Program-made: the position numbers and the translations under genes
NCBI GenBank assembly: GCA_963727525.1
Contig: CAVSGO010000005.1
Coordinates: forward strand, 448,001 to 512,000
Reading direction: 5' to 3'
Source: an uncultured bacterium
Lineage (GTDB): Bacteria > Krumholzibacteriota > Krumholzibacteriia > LZORAL124-64-63
DNA length: 64,000 bases
The notes under the pieces: generated by a model
Database searches by the model: none
Told to the model about the DNA's origin: nothing
What the model saw: only the letters and a program-made list of their open reading frames with translations
In this document: piece after piece, positions 50,967 through 61,133 of the stretch
Position numbering within the stretch: position 1 is the first letter of the stretch
Layout: each line of letters begins with the position of its first letter

Positions 50967-53807
50967 TTACTTCTGCACCATGAGTTGCCGCGTGACGACC
51001 CGCCGCCCGGCTCCCTGTCCCACCACCATCCGCGCCACGTACACTCCGCTGGCCACCGTCGCGCCATGCGCGTCGCGGCCGTCCCAGGCCACCGCGTGGT
51101 CGCCGGCCGCGAAGTCCTGTCGGCCGAAGTCGCGCACCCGCCGGCCGCGGATGTCGTAGACCGCCAGCGCCACCGATTCGCCCGCCGGCAGCGAGAATCC
51201 GAATGTCGTGCGGCCAGGGGCCGGGTTGGGGAACGCGCCCCGGAAACTCACACGCGTCTGGCTCACCTGCGGCTGCGGATCCTCGACACCCGTTGCTTGG
51301 GCCGGTACGCCCTCGGTGCAGCCCGTGCGCGCCAGGTCGTGGCCAGCCATCGCCCAGCGGCGCGTCGCGCCCGCGAGTGCGTCGGTGCCGGTGCCGCAGA
51401 CGTAAAGGAAGCGGCCGACGGTGATCACGAGATCGGCGATGCCGTCGTTCTCGATGTCGGTCACCACGGCGCTCTGCGCCGTCTCGAGGTCGAACAGGTT
51501 CGGCCAGTCGGCCGGGATCGTCGCCTGCGCCGCCCACTCGTGCAACCAGCCGCCCGTGGTACCGACCAGGAGCTGGGGACGGTCGATACCGGGACGCGCG
51601 ACGCGCCCGATGATCGGTTCGGTGCTCGCGTTGTCGGCGGGCCCGACGGTCACCGGATATCCGGCGAGCAACGTCCCGTCGACATTGACCGCAAACACAC
51701 TGCCCGACCGCGTGCTGAAGCAGAGCACCGGGTCGGTAGCGTTTTCCACGCCGGCCACTGTCACGCCCAGGATGGGCGAGCCCGTGCCGGTGTTGTAGGG
51801 CCAGGCCCCGTTCACGGCGCTGCCGTCGCGATTCAACAGCTGCACGCGGCCCGTGCTCATCGGCACCGCGATCTCGAGGTTGCCATCGCCGTCGAGATCG
51901 CTGAGCGTGACGCCGCCCGACGGCGCCGCGCCGGAGCCGAGCAGGAAGTCGTGCACCGAGCCGTCGGACTCGATGATCGCCACGCCCGTGTTGAGGGCGG
52001 CGACGACCTCCGGCGCACCGTCGCCGTTGAGGTCGCCGATCGCGGCGCGGCCCAGCACCTGCGCGCCCGGGAACGTGACGGGCCAGCCGGGGCGCTCGTT
52101 GCCGGCGCTGTTGAGCAGGTGCACCTGGTTACCGCTGGCCGCGACGATCTCGCCGGCATAGAACCCGGTGATCGGCCCGACGCTCACGTAGGTGTCGCTA
52201 CCGGTCCCGAGGTCCCGAGGAAACGACGGCAGGGGCACGAGAGCCGAATCGAGAGCATGGACCCGGCCGTTCGTGTCGCCGACGACGACCTCTCGCACGC
52301 CGTCGCTGTCCAGGTCGAAGAGAACGGGCAGCGAGCAGTCGCCCGCCGCGCCCATCCCGTAGCTTGCCACCGTGCCCGCACCCAGCGCGTAACGCCGCAC
52401 GAAGCCGTCGCTGTCCACGGCGACGACGTCCTTCACGCCATCGTCGTCGAGGTCGGCCACGCCAGGCGCGGACACGTAGTGGGTGGTGTTGCCGCCGAGG
52501 GTGAAGAAGCCACCGTCCTTGGCCACCGCGAACCCAGGCGAGGTGCGCCACGCGGCGTTGAAGAGTAGCGGCGCCTCATCGTGGGCATCGACTTGCATCA
52601 CCGCAGCGATGGCCGTCTGGTTGCCCTGCGAGGGATCGAGCGCCAGTGCGGCCGGCTGCGTCAGGAGGTGGCCGTTGGCCAGGTACTGCGCGGTCTCGTA
52701 GGTCCCCAGCGGGCCGCTGTCCGGACGCAGCACGTAGTATCCCGCATAGTCGCACATGGTGCCCATGACGCCGTACGCCGTCCAGAACAGCCGCAGGTGG
52801 TTGCGGATCGTCGGGCCCTCGAGCGTGGCCGGCGACCAGGTCGCTCCTCCATCGAGCGAGCCCACGACCGTGGCGCCGAGATTGGGCGAGGAGTCCTTGT
52901 GGTAACCGATCACGACGTCGTCCCCGTGCTGGTCGCTGGCCAGCGACAGACCGGAATAGCCCCATGTCGTGTCCGCAACCACCAGCGTGGCCGGCGCGGG
53001 CCAGTCGGCCAGAGTGATACCGTTGCTGGTCGCGCGGGCGAAGTTGATCTGCATCAGGTCATTGCCGCAGTCGAGGACCGTGCGCAGGCCCGCCAGGTTG
53101 ACGGTGGCGCCGCCACCGAAGCCGAGGCTGAGCGCCATGGTTCTCGTGATGCCGGACGCGAGGGGCGGAAAGTCGTAGATGACGACGGGCGCGGTGAACA
53201 CGGTCGCGGCGTCCTCGGAAAGGCTGTAACGCAGCTCCCAGTCCTCGATATCCGTCTCGACGGCGTACGCCACCGCGACGTCGATGTACTGCGTGGCCGA
53301 CGTGCGCAGCGCCACCGTCAGACCATCGACACGCGGCAACACACCGGGCACGTCGGGGAAAGTGTCGACGACGGTCTGCGTCCAGAAGGGCGTGGGCAGA
53401 TCTACCTGGGACCGCCACACCCAGATCGTCCCGTCGCCCGCATCCGCGTAGAAGCTGAGGAATACCCACTCGTCGAACAGCCCGCTGGAGATTTGCAGGC
53501 GCGCGTCCTTGTACTCCGTGCCGGGCGCGCTGACGACGTCCCACGTCATCCAGGTGGCGCCATGGTCGTCGCTGCGCAGGATGACGAGTTCGCTGGTGTC
53601 GAGGTCGATCTCGCGATTGACGAGGGTGTAGATCTTGCCGGTGGAACTGATGGCCAGGCTCGGCTCCGTGCCGTCGATCTGGTGTCCATCGTACGGGTAG
53701 TAGACGAACTTGCCGGGATTGCCACCTAAAACGGTGGCCCGGGCGGCGGGCAGCATCCCGAGCACCGAGGTGGCGACGACGACGAGTATGATCAATGCCT
53801 TGCGCAT
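50967..53807 (-). CDS. Secreted BNR/FG-GAP repeat protein with FlgD-Ig/CTD-like tail
   Basis: Signal peptide; Asp-boxes SDDHGATW and SLDGGATW; repeated DLDxDG loops; C-terminal FPNP...VYDIRGRRVR...WDGRD...ASGVY. Confidence 0.88.
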   Translation of the reverse strand: MRKALIILVVVATSVLGMLPAARATVLGGNPGKFVYYPYDGHQIDGTEPSLAISSTGKIYTLVNREIDLDTSELVILRSDDHGATWMTWDVVSAPGTEYKDARLQISSGLFDEWVFLSFYADAGDGTIWVWRSQVDLPTPFWTQTVVDTFPDVPGVLPRVDGLTVALRTSATQYIDVAVAYAVETDIEDWELRYSLSEDAATVFTAPVVIYDFPPLASGITRTMALSLGFGGGATVNLAGLRTVLDCGNDLMQINFARATSNGITLADWPAPATLVVADTTWGYSGLSLASDQHGDDVVIGYHKDSSPNLGATVVGSLDGGATWSPATLEGPTIRNHLRLFWTAYGVMGTMCDYAGYYVLRPDSGPLGTYETAQYLANGHLLTQPAALALDPSQGNQTAIAAVMQVDAHDEAPLLFNAAWRTSPGFAVAKDGGFFTLGGNTTHYVSAPGVADLDDDGVKDVVAVDSDGFVRRYALGAGTVASYGMGAAGDCSLPVLFDLDSDGVREVVVGDTNGRVHALDSALVPLPSFPRDLGTGSDTYVSVGPITGFYAGEIVAASGNQVHLLNSAGNERPGWPVTFPGAQVLGRAAIGDLNGDGAPEVVAALNTGVAIIESDGSVHDFLLGSGAAPSGGVTLSDLDGDGNLEIAVPMSTGRVQLLNRDGSAVNGAWPYNTGTGSPILGVTVAGVENATDPVLCFSTRSGSVFAVNVDGTLLAGYPVTVGPADNASTEPIIGRVARPGIDRPQLLVGTTGGWLHEWAAQATIPADWPNLFDLETAQSAVVTDIENDGIADLVITVGRFLYVCGTGTDALAGATRRWAMAGHDLARTGCTEGVPAQATGVEDPQPQVSQTRVSFRGAFPNPAPGRTTFGFSLPAGESVALAVYDIRGRRVRDFGRQDFAAGDHAVAWDGRDAHGATVASGVYVARMVVGQGAGRRVVTRQLMVQK

Positions 53808-53951
53808 GACGGGAACCTCCGGAACGGGGCGGCATGTCTCTTCTGGACGTTCATGCGCAGGAACGAGCCACGATGTGCAGGTCCGCGCGAAAACAAGGCG
53901 GCAGCCCCTCGCGGAGCCGCCGCCCGTTCTCCCTCACCTGTCGCGAATGTT

Positions 53952-55181
53952 CTAGTGGTCGTACGCCCCCGCGGTGGCGAGGACCTGCGCCAACTCCTCG
54001 ACGACCTTCTCCTTCTCGCCCCCGTCGTCTTTCACGCCGAGGTCGTCCTTGCCCCACTTCTCCTGCGGGAAGGGTCCGAGGGCCTCGAGTTCGTCCCAGT
54101 CGGCGGCACCGGTCTCCTTCTGGAAGACCAGGTTCTCCTGGCGGCAGTCGACGGTGATGAGGTCACCCTTGCGGATCTGGTCGCTGCAGATCAGGTTGCT
54201 GATGTTGGTCACCACTTCCTTCTCCACGAGCCGCTTCAGCGGGCGTGCGCCGTACTGCACGTCGGTGCCCTTCTCGACCAGGTAGGCCTTTGCCGAGGGC
54301 GTGATCTCCAGCAGGAAGGGCTCGGCGCAACGCAGACTGCGGTGGTGGATCTGCGTGAGCAGGATGTCGAGGATCTGGAAGAGGTGAGGCCGCTTCAACG
54401 TGTCGAACGTAACGATGTCGTCGAAGCGGTTGAGGAACTCGAAGGGGAACACCTTCTTGGCCTCGCGCATGGCGGCTTCGGCAACGTCGCGGTCGAGGGC
54501 GGCGTCAGCCGCGCCGGTACTGAAGCCGATGTGATTCTGGGCCAGGTGCGCGCCCATGGCCTCGCTGCCCACGTTGGTGGTGAGGATGATGATCGACTGC
54601 CGGAAATCGACCTCTTCGTTGTTGCCCAGCACCACGGTGCCGTCCTCGAGGATGCCCAGCAGGAGATTCCACAGCTTGGGGTGCGCCTTCTCTATCTCAT
54701 CGAAGAGCACGATGGAAAGGTTGCGCTCGCTCTCGGGCGGGAAGAGCCGCGTGAGGCGGCCGCCCGGCTCGGTGATCAGGCCGCACTGGTTCTCGATGGC
54801 GCGGCGATGATGCCGGTCGATGTTCTCCTGCGCGAGCAACGGACGGATCTCGCCGCCCACGTAGCCGGGAGGCGAGCCGAGCAGCTTGCTGATGTTGTAG
54901 TGCGCGGAGTACTCCTGGCAGTTCACGCGCGTGAAAGCGCGCTTGCTGCCGAAGACAGTCTCGGCCAGGGCGCGGACGGTCTCGGTCTTGCCGACGCCGG
55001 TGGGCCCCATGAACATCATCGTCAACAGCGGACTCTCAGGATCGTGGATCCCGGCGATGAGCCGGCTGAAGCTGTCGGCGATCTTGTCGATGGCCGTGGG
55101 CTGGCCCACCACCATCTTGCGCATGCGGTTGGCGAAGCGATCGAGCTGGGTGTTGGTCTTGTCCAGGCTTAGCGTTTTCAC
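53952..55181 (-). CDS. Clp/Hsp100-like AAA+ ATPase with only the D2 module
   Basis: VVGQ, GPTGVGKTE, LLGSPPGYVG, LFDEIEKAHP, TTNVG, HIGF, EFLNRFD, YGARPLKR; GTG start. Confidence 0.88.
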   Translation of the reverse strand: MKTLSLDKTNTQLDRFANRMRKMVVGQPTAIDKIADSFSRLIAGIHDPESPLLTMMFMGPTGVGKTETVRALAETVFGSKRAFTRVNCQEYSAHYNISKLLGSPPGYVGGEIRPLLAQENIDRHHRRAIENQCGLITEPGGRLTRLFPPESERNLSIVLFDEIEKAHPKLWNLLLGILEDGTVVLGNNEEVDFRQSIIILTTNVGSEAMGAHLAQNHIGFSTGAADAALDRDVAEAAMREAKKVFPFEFLNRFDDIVTFDTLKRPHLFQILDILLTQIHHRSLRCAEPFLLEITPSAKAYLVEKGTDVQYGARPLKRLVEKEVVTNISNLICSDQIRKGDLITVDCRQENLVFQKETGAADWDELEALGPFPQEKWGKDDLGVKDDGGEKEKVVEELAQVLATAGAYDH

Positions 55182-55468
55182 GACGTGACCTCGTGCCGTT
55201 CGCGTTCCTGCGTTCCTGATGGGACATCCCTGTCCCTGCGGCAACGGTGGGTTCCGGGGCGCGAGTAGCGGCTCCACCGTCGGGTTCTAGATCGGCCCGC
55301 GACAAGACGTCTTGAGTGCCAAAGTTTTGAGCTGTTGTCAGTTACCGGCGCGCGCGGGGGCCAGGTAATTGATGTTTCATCATCGCCTGGCGCGTCGCCG
55401 AGGTAGGGGCGGCATTGCTGGTCGGCCGCCTTGATGCGCTTGCCGTGCTCTCGGGATTCGCCCCCCGG

Positions 55469-57211
55469 TCACGGCAGGTATGGCACCGCCAGGTACGGCG
55501 CCTGAGCCTGGCCCACGTGCTCGGCCCACCGTCCATCGCTGATCGGCGCCACGGGGCTATGGACCTGGAAATACCGCTCCACCGCCTCTGCCGTACGCAC
55601 CTGGGTGGGGGTCACGTCGGCGGGCGGGACCTTGGTGAGCATGTCGAGGCCGCTGTTGCCCTCGAGCAGGAAGTTCGTACACACGGCGGTGTAGGTGGCG
55701 TCGGGATCCCACGGCTTGCCGCCGACGGTGAGCGCGACGAGGCGATCCCAGTCTGGGCGCGAGGAGTCGTACACGACGGTGACGCCCGAGACGCAGAGAC
55801 CGCTGACATCGCCGCGCAGCTTGGCCTCGATCACACTGCGCAGCAGGCGGCCGTTCATCTGCACCACCACCAGTTCGTTGCCGAAGGGCAACACGCCGAA
55901 GATGTCGCCGGCAGTGATGGGGCCAGGCGGCAGATCGGCACGCAGACCGCCGAGATTCTGGAAGGCGAAGTCGGCATCGAAATAGGCACGCATGGCGTCG
56001 GTGACGAGGTTGCCCACCTGGTTCGAGCCGGCGCCACCGCGGGACATCGCCGCCGTGGTCTTGCCGATCTCGGCATTCATCTCCGCATTCGCGCGGTCGA
56101 GGTAGGGCTGGAGCAGGTTCGTGGTCGTCGAGTCGGGCCACAGCTCGTCCTGAAACAGCGTGACCAGCGTGCCGCTGTCGTGGGCCGGTTCGTAGCCCAC
56201 GAGCGTCTTCGTCTGCGGATCGATCAGCAGGATCACGTGGCCCACGCTCGACCCGTTGCCGAACGTTTCGAAGCACATCGTGTGATTCACGGGATCGATC
56301 CAGGGCTTCTGATAGCCGCGGTGAGTGTGGCCACCCACGGCGATGTCGATGCCCGGCACGGTGTTCACGAGTTCCATCAGGTTCATGCCGCCGTACGAGG
56401 TATTGCTGCCGTAGGTCTGCGACGCCTGGCTCTGATTCTCGGCTCCCGCCTCGCTATCGACGATTTCCGCATCCTGCTTCCCGACGATCTTCTCCCAGCC
56501 TTTCTTCGGGTCATAGGGCAGCCCCTCGTGGATCGCGAGCATGATCAGGTCCGCACCCTGTGCGCGCAGCTCGTCGCGATATTTCGCCACGACGGGCGGC
56601 ATGGGCAGAAACGTCAGACCGACGATGTTCTCGGGAAAGCTCATCTTCGCGGTCGCCGGCGTGATGATGCCGATGACGCCGATCTTGATGCCTGCCTTCT
56701 CCACCATGAGCGTGGGCCGGCACCAGTCCACGACCTTGCCGGTGTCCGTGGAGACGAGATTGGCGGCGAGCCACGGAAAGTGCGACTGGCGGGCCAGGGC
56801 CTCGTTCACGTCGCGGCCGAGGTCGAAGTCGTGGTTGCCTGGGACTGCGAAGTCGTACCCGATGCTGTTGTAGTAGTCGATGACGGCGCGGCCCTTGGTC
56901 TTGTTGCCGATGGGCGTGCCCTGGAACATGTCGCCCACGTCCACCAGCAGCACCGGTTGGCCGGCCTGCGCGGCCTCGTCGCGGACCTCGTGGATGTAGG
57001 TGGCCGCCGAGGCGGCGCCGCCGAGCGGTGGTGGGAACGCGGGGTTCATGAAGCGCGCGGGCTCGGGCGCGATGTGGCCGTGGACATCGTTGGTCCACAG
57101 CAACTGCAGATGGATGAGGGCATCGTCGGCCGGCTTCGCCGACGCCGCGCTGGCAAACGCCAGGAGCAACAGGCCGCACCCGAGAACGACGGTGGTCTTG
57201 CGCATGGTCAT
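55469..57211 (-). CDS. Secreted bifunctional 5'-nucleotidase/UDP-sugar hydrolase family metallophosphoesterase
   Basis: Signal peptide; NDVHG, DVGD, GNHDFD, IHEG, GGHTH; C-terminal NLGGLR, LPFGN, FLLEG. Confidence 0.92.
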   Translation of the reverse strand: MTMRKTTVVLGCGLLLLAFASAASAKPADDALIHLQLLWTNDVHGHIAPEPARFMNPAFPPPLGGAASAATYIHEVRDEAAQAGQPVLLVDVGDMFQGTPIGNKTKGRAVIDYYNSIGYDFAVPGNHDFDLGRDVNEALARQSHFPWLAANLVSTDTGKVVDWCRPTLMVEKAGIKIGVIGIITPATAKMSFPENIVGLTFLPMPPVVAKYRDELRAQGADLIMLAIHEGLPYDPKKGWEKIVGKQDAEIVDSEAGAENQSQASQTYGSNTSYGGMNLMELVNTVPGIDIAVGGHTHRGYQKPWIDPVNHTMCFETFGNGSSVGHVILLIDPQTKTLVGYEPAHDSGTLVTLFQDELWPDSTTTNLLQPYLDRANAEMNAEIGKTTAAMSRGGAGSNQVGNLVTDAMRAYFDADFAFQNLGGLRADLPPGPITAGDIFGVLPFGNELVVVQMNGRLLRSVIEAKLRGDVSGLCVSGVTVVYDSSRPDWDRLVALTVGGKPWDPDATYTAVCTNFLLEGNSGLDMLTKVPPADVTPTQVRTAEAVERYFQVHSPVAPISDGRWAEHVGQAQAPYLAVPYLP

Positions 57212-57227
57212 GTCCCTCTCTCGACCG

Positions 57228-58559
57228 CTAGAAATCGCGCGAGAATCCCAGACCCACCCGGAATCGCGTATCCTCGACCCGTGCCTCGGGATCGGTGGTG
57301 AACCCGGCGGGGTACGCGAAGATATGCGGCTGGATCGACTGCAGCTTGCTCAGCTCCACCGATGCCAGCAACGCGCCCCCGGCCACCGGCATGCCCGCAC
57401 CCGCGGTGAACACCACGGTGCCGGCGTCGCGGTCCGCATAGCTATCGTAGTGGCGGAATCCGAACATCGCCCGCATGCCGTTGTAGAAGGTGTGTTGAAC
57501 GCCGAGCCGCACGTCGAAAACGTCCTGCAACTCGCCCGGGTTCCCGCTCATCGTGCTGCCGAGGGCGGCCCGCGGGCCCTCCAGCTTGCTCCACTGGCAA
57601 TACAGGAGTTCGGCCGAGACGATCGTGCGCGGGTCGTTGCGCGGATAGAGCGTGAAGCCGGCGCGATACTGGCCCGGGTAACGGACGCTCGCGGAGCCGC
57701 TCGTGGTCGTGGTCACGTACGCCGTGTCGACGGCCGACCAGCCGTACGTGTCGATCGCGCGATCGCCGTCCACCTTCAGCGGCAGGTCGTAGGCCAGCCC
57801 GACGTCCACGCGTTCGCTGACGTGCACGCGCCCGCCGAACGTGGCGTTGACGCCCGAGAGGTCCCAGCGGTCGGTGATCTCGAAGCTCTGCGTGACGTCC
57901 TGGGTATAGCGATCCGAAACGTAGGTATCGCGCGAGCCGAACGCATAGTGCAGCGTGGCGCCGACGGAGATCGCCGACGTGACCGCGGCGGCGGCGCCCA
58001 GGCCCAGGTCATGCAAGGTGCCGACCACCTTGTAGGTGCGGTTCTGCAGCACCGCGTCGCGGTTGTTGTACGGGTCGGGGCTGCGCAGCTCCTCGTCGAA
58101 CACGTAACCGAACTCGTTGCGGTCGGCGAGGGCGAGCCCGATAGCGACCGGGACGTTCCCCAGCCGCAGCCCGCGCGCCGCACTCAGTCCGCCCGGGAAG
58201 TGATCGTGGCGGTTGCTCGCGATCACCGTGTCGGTGACGTAGTTCTCGAAGGTGTCGAAGAGCGGCTGGAAGCGGTCCTCGTCGGCATGGTCGACCGCGG
58301 CCGCGAGATCGACGCGCCAGTACCCGGCATCGATGAGGAACGCCGGATTGAAGAGGCCGGACAGACCGCCCCTGTACATGGCCACCCCGGTCCCACCCAT
58401 CGCGTTGACATCGGCCGCCAGATACGGATTCTGGCCCCCATAGGTCGACTCGATCTGCGGAACCGCCACCGCCGTGCCCGCGAGGGCGAGCACGCCGGCC
58501 ACCGCCAGCGTCCGCAGCGCGTGTCCGGAGATCACCTCGGTCAAATGTCGCGTGCACAT
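57228..58559 (-). CDS. Outer-membrane beta-barrel (FadL/PorV-like)
   Basis: Signal peptide; NAMGGTGVA...LFNPA N-terminal plug motif; amphipathic strands; ends GFSRDF. Confidence 0.75.
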   Translation of the reverse strand: MCTRHLTEVISGHALRTLAVAGVLALAGTAVAVPQIESTYGGQNPYLAADVNAMGGTGVAMYRGGLSGLFNPAFLIDAGYWRVDLAAAVDHADEDRFQPLFDTFENYVTDTVIASNRHDHFPGGLSAARGLRLGNVPVAIGLALADRNEFGYVFDEELRSPDPYNNRDAVLQNRTYKVVGTLHDLGLGAAAAVTSAISVGATLHYAFGSRDTYVSDRYTQDVTQSFEITDRWDLSGVNATFGGRVHVSERVDVGLAYDLPLKVDGDRAIDTYGWSAVDTAYVTTTTSGSASVRYPGQYRAGFTLYPRNDPRTIVSAELLYCQWSKLEGPRAALGSTMSGNPGELQDVFDVRLGVQHTFYNGMRAMFGFRHYDSYADRDAGTVVFTAGAGMPVAGGALLASVELSKLQSIQPHIFAYPAGFTTDPEARVEDTRFRVGLGFSRDF

Positions 58560-58592
58560 CGCTTCGATTCTCCTTTTGCGGGGCAATCCCGC

Positions 58593-61133
58593 CTAGAAGC
58601 TGTAGTCCAGCTGCAGACGGACCGACAGCTCGTCTCGCGGCACGTAGGTCGACGCCAGTTCGTCGGTCGTGTTGCCGTATGACCGCCGATCGAGATAGGT
58701 CTTGGGCAGGTTGTGATCCCGCGTGACCTTGAGCTGGCAGAGCAGTCGCTGGGAGACGCGGCTCTCCACCTTGAACCAGTTGCGGAAGCCCGAGCCGTCG
58801 AGCAGCACAAACTCGTTGCCCTCGAAATTCCACAGGAAACCGTCGTAGATCGACGTGGCGAACTGCAGTGTGATGCCCGGCGTGAGATTGTGCTCGTAGC
58901 GCGCCTCGAACGCGTGCGCCGGCCCCGCCGCCAGACCGACGCCGCTCCAGCCCGTACCGGGAGGGGCCGGGTAGGTCAGACGCGGCCGCGGCGGAAACTG
59001 CACGTTGCTCGTCATGTACGTGAACTGCAGCCGGTTGTAGTTGCTCAGCAGGGCGATGAGCTGCCAGCGCGTCTCCCAGTTGCGATAGGTGCGCACGTCG
59101 GTGGGCCAGGCCTCGGTACGGCTGCTGTAGCGTTGCCGCAGCCGTAACCGCAGGTTGAAGATCGGCTGGTACTCGGCCTTGATGGTGTAGCGCTGCAGGT
59201 CGGCGCCGTCGGCCTTGCGCTGCCACTGGTCGTATTCCAGGCCCGTGAGATTCAGCGTGCGGCTGATCCGGTAGTTCATGCTGAGGAAGAGCCCCTTCTC
59301 TGCCTTTGGCTGGGGCGATTCCGTCACGAGCCACGAGTATAGATCGTCCTGCAGGCGGAACGGCGAATCGAGCAGCGTCTGCTCGTACTTGCTGTCGTTG
59401 CTGAACGAGCGCTGGTACGGATTGTCGAAGTCGAGATCGTAGTCGCGGTAGATCGCGAGCAGATTGAGATTCTCCCACTGGGTGTAGGCGTTCACCAGCC
59501 AGGCCTTGGGATTGTCCCCACTGAAGAGACCGCGCCGCGGATCTTGCAGCCAGGCGTACTCGCCCTGTACGGCCACGTTGCGATAGACGGTCTGGAAGTC
59601 CGTGCCGAAGACCCGGCGAAACTTGTACTCGCGCCGCACGCCTGCGGCCTGATCGTCGAAGACGCTGCGATAGCCGGCGAACACCTCGGAATCGCGGGCC
59701 GTGATCAGATCCTCGATCGTGGTGATGGAATAGTCGTAGAGGGTGTGCGGATCGGGATCGAAGGCCCTGTTGTACCGCGCCGAGTAGCCGCTCACGCCCA
59801 CGAACGTGCCGGGCGCCACCGTGACGTGCACGGCGCCGCCGAACATGTCCTCTTGCAGGGCATCGCGCGCCAGACCCGTGGGGTCGCCTGCCGTGGTGAG
59901 GTGCTGGTCGAGATACGCCGTCGACGGGCGCGGGACCATGGCCACGTAGCGATTGACGGTGCCGTCGTCATTGAGGATGACGTCCTTACGGTCGGTCGAC
60001 CCGAAGAGCGCGATGTTGACGGGTCCCACCGTGCCTTCGAAGGCCGCGCCGTTGAGTGCGTACTCGCGAGTGCGGCTCAGATCGCCGCGCACGCCCAGCG
60101 GCCGCTTGTTCCAGCCGTAGCCGGTCTGCCGGAAATGGATGAAGTCGGTGTTATCCATCACCAGGCCCTGGCCGAACGCGACGCGGAAGTTGCCCAGTAC
60201 CCCGCGCTTGAGATGGAACGGTCCCAGGTCCTTGTTGCTGACGCCGAGGTAGAGCTTGGCCGTCTCGTCCCACGTACTCTCGCCAACGTTGCGGTGGGTC
60301 GTGGCCCCCACCCGGACACCGTGCGTGAGGTTGAGCCGCATCTTCTGCGTCATCGCCGGATCCATGACCCGCGTGTCGCCGGTCGCGAAATGCGTGTCGA
60401 AGCTCGGCCCCCAGATGAGGGAGAGATTCGCCAGGGATTCGTCGTCGCCGCTGGCGTAGGGCGTGTCGTAGTACCGCAGCGTGTACTGGCCGCGCACCTT
60501 GTCCACGCCGAGGTCTTCTGGACTGTACACGACGAAGTCGCGCAGGTTGCGATAGGCCCAGTAGCGCATGCCCTCGGCGCGCCGGAGCTGGTACGCGTTC
60601 TCGAACCCGCCGAGCTGGTCACGCGCCCCCAGGATGCTGGTGGCGTCGACCGGTGAGACGTTCTGGAACGACATCAGGTCGAAGAGGTCGAGATCGTTCA
60701 CGTTCACGGGATCGAGCAGCATGTCGAAGTACTCGTCGGCGAGACCCTCGCTCGATCCTTCCTGCCCGAGATAGCGGCGGGCCTGACGGTAGCTCTGCGT
60801 GAGCCGCTGGATGGCCTCGTCCGGCGGCGGCGGCGGCAACGTTTCCACGAGCGGCTTCAGCACCGCCAGGATGCCGGGCGTCACGCCGGGCACCTCGAGG
60901 AGATCGTAGACACTGCTGAAATAGCGATCGTAGGTGCGGTAATCGTGGATCGCGCGCGCCACGTCCGGCGGGATGGGCAAGGCGAGCATCTGCTCGAGGG
61001 TGGCGCGGTTGAGATCCAGTTTCGCGACCGGATCGGCGTGCGCCGGCGCCGCAGCGAGACCGCCGAGCCACAGCGTGGCGCCCACGAGCGCCAGCGCGAC
61101 CAGGAGCTCTCGGGTCTTCCGCTCGTGCCTCAC
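58593..61133 (-). CDS. Helix-hairpin-helix (ComEA-like) domains fused to a beta-barrel
   Basis: Signal peptide; LDLNRATLEQM...FSSVYDLLEVPGV and VNVNDLD...GGFENAYQL; GNFRVAFGQGLV; C-terminal QLDYSF beta-signal. Confidence 0.82.
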   Translation of the reverse strand: MRHERKTRELLVALALVGATLWLGGLAAAPAHADPVAKLDLNRATLEQMLALPIPPDVARAIHDYRTYDRYFSSVYDLLEVPGVTPGILAVLKPLVETLPPPPPDEAIQRLTQSYRQARRYLGQEGSSEGLADEYFDMLLDPVNVNDLDLFDLMSFQNVSPVDATSILGARDQLGGFENAYQLRRAEGMRYWAYRNLRDFVVYSPEDLGVDKVRGQYTLRYYDTPYASGDDESLANLSLIWGPSFDTHFATGDTRVMDPAMTQKMRLNLTHGVRVGATTHRNVGESTWDETAKLYLGVSNKDLGPFHLKRGVLGNFRVAFGQGLVMDNTDFIHFRQTGYGWNKRPLGVRGDLSRTREYALNGAAFEGTVGPVNIALFGSTDRKDVILNDDGTVNRYVAMVPRPSTAYLDQHLTTAGDPTGLARDALQEDMFGGAVHVTVAPGTFVGVSGYSARYNRAFDPDPHTLYDYSITTIEDLITARDSEVFAGYRSVFDDQAAGVRREYKFRRVFGTDFQTVYRNVAVQGEYAWLQDPRRGLFSGDNPKAWLVNAYTQWENLNLLAIYRDYDLDFDNPYQRSFSNDSKYEQTLLDSPFRLQDDLYSWLVTESPQPKAEKGLFLSMNYRISRTLNLTGLEYDQWQRKADGADLQRYTIKAEYQPIFNLRLRLRQRYSSRTEAWPTDVRTYRNWETRWQLIALLSNYNRLQFTYMTSNVQFPPRPRLTYPAPPGTGWSGVGLAAGPAHAFEARYEHNLTPGITLQFATSIYDGFLWNFEGNEFVLLDGSGFRNWFKVESRVSQRLLCQLKVTRDHNLPKTYLDRRSYGNTTDELASTYVPRDELSVRLQLDYSF

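Noticed and set aside
55306-55322. TGGCAC on the minus strand upstream of the Clp-like gene as a sigma54 site
   Set aside because: No GC/TTGC at the -12 position.
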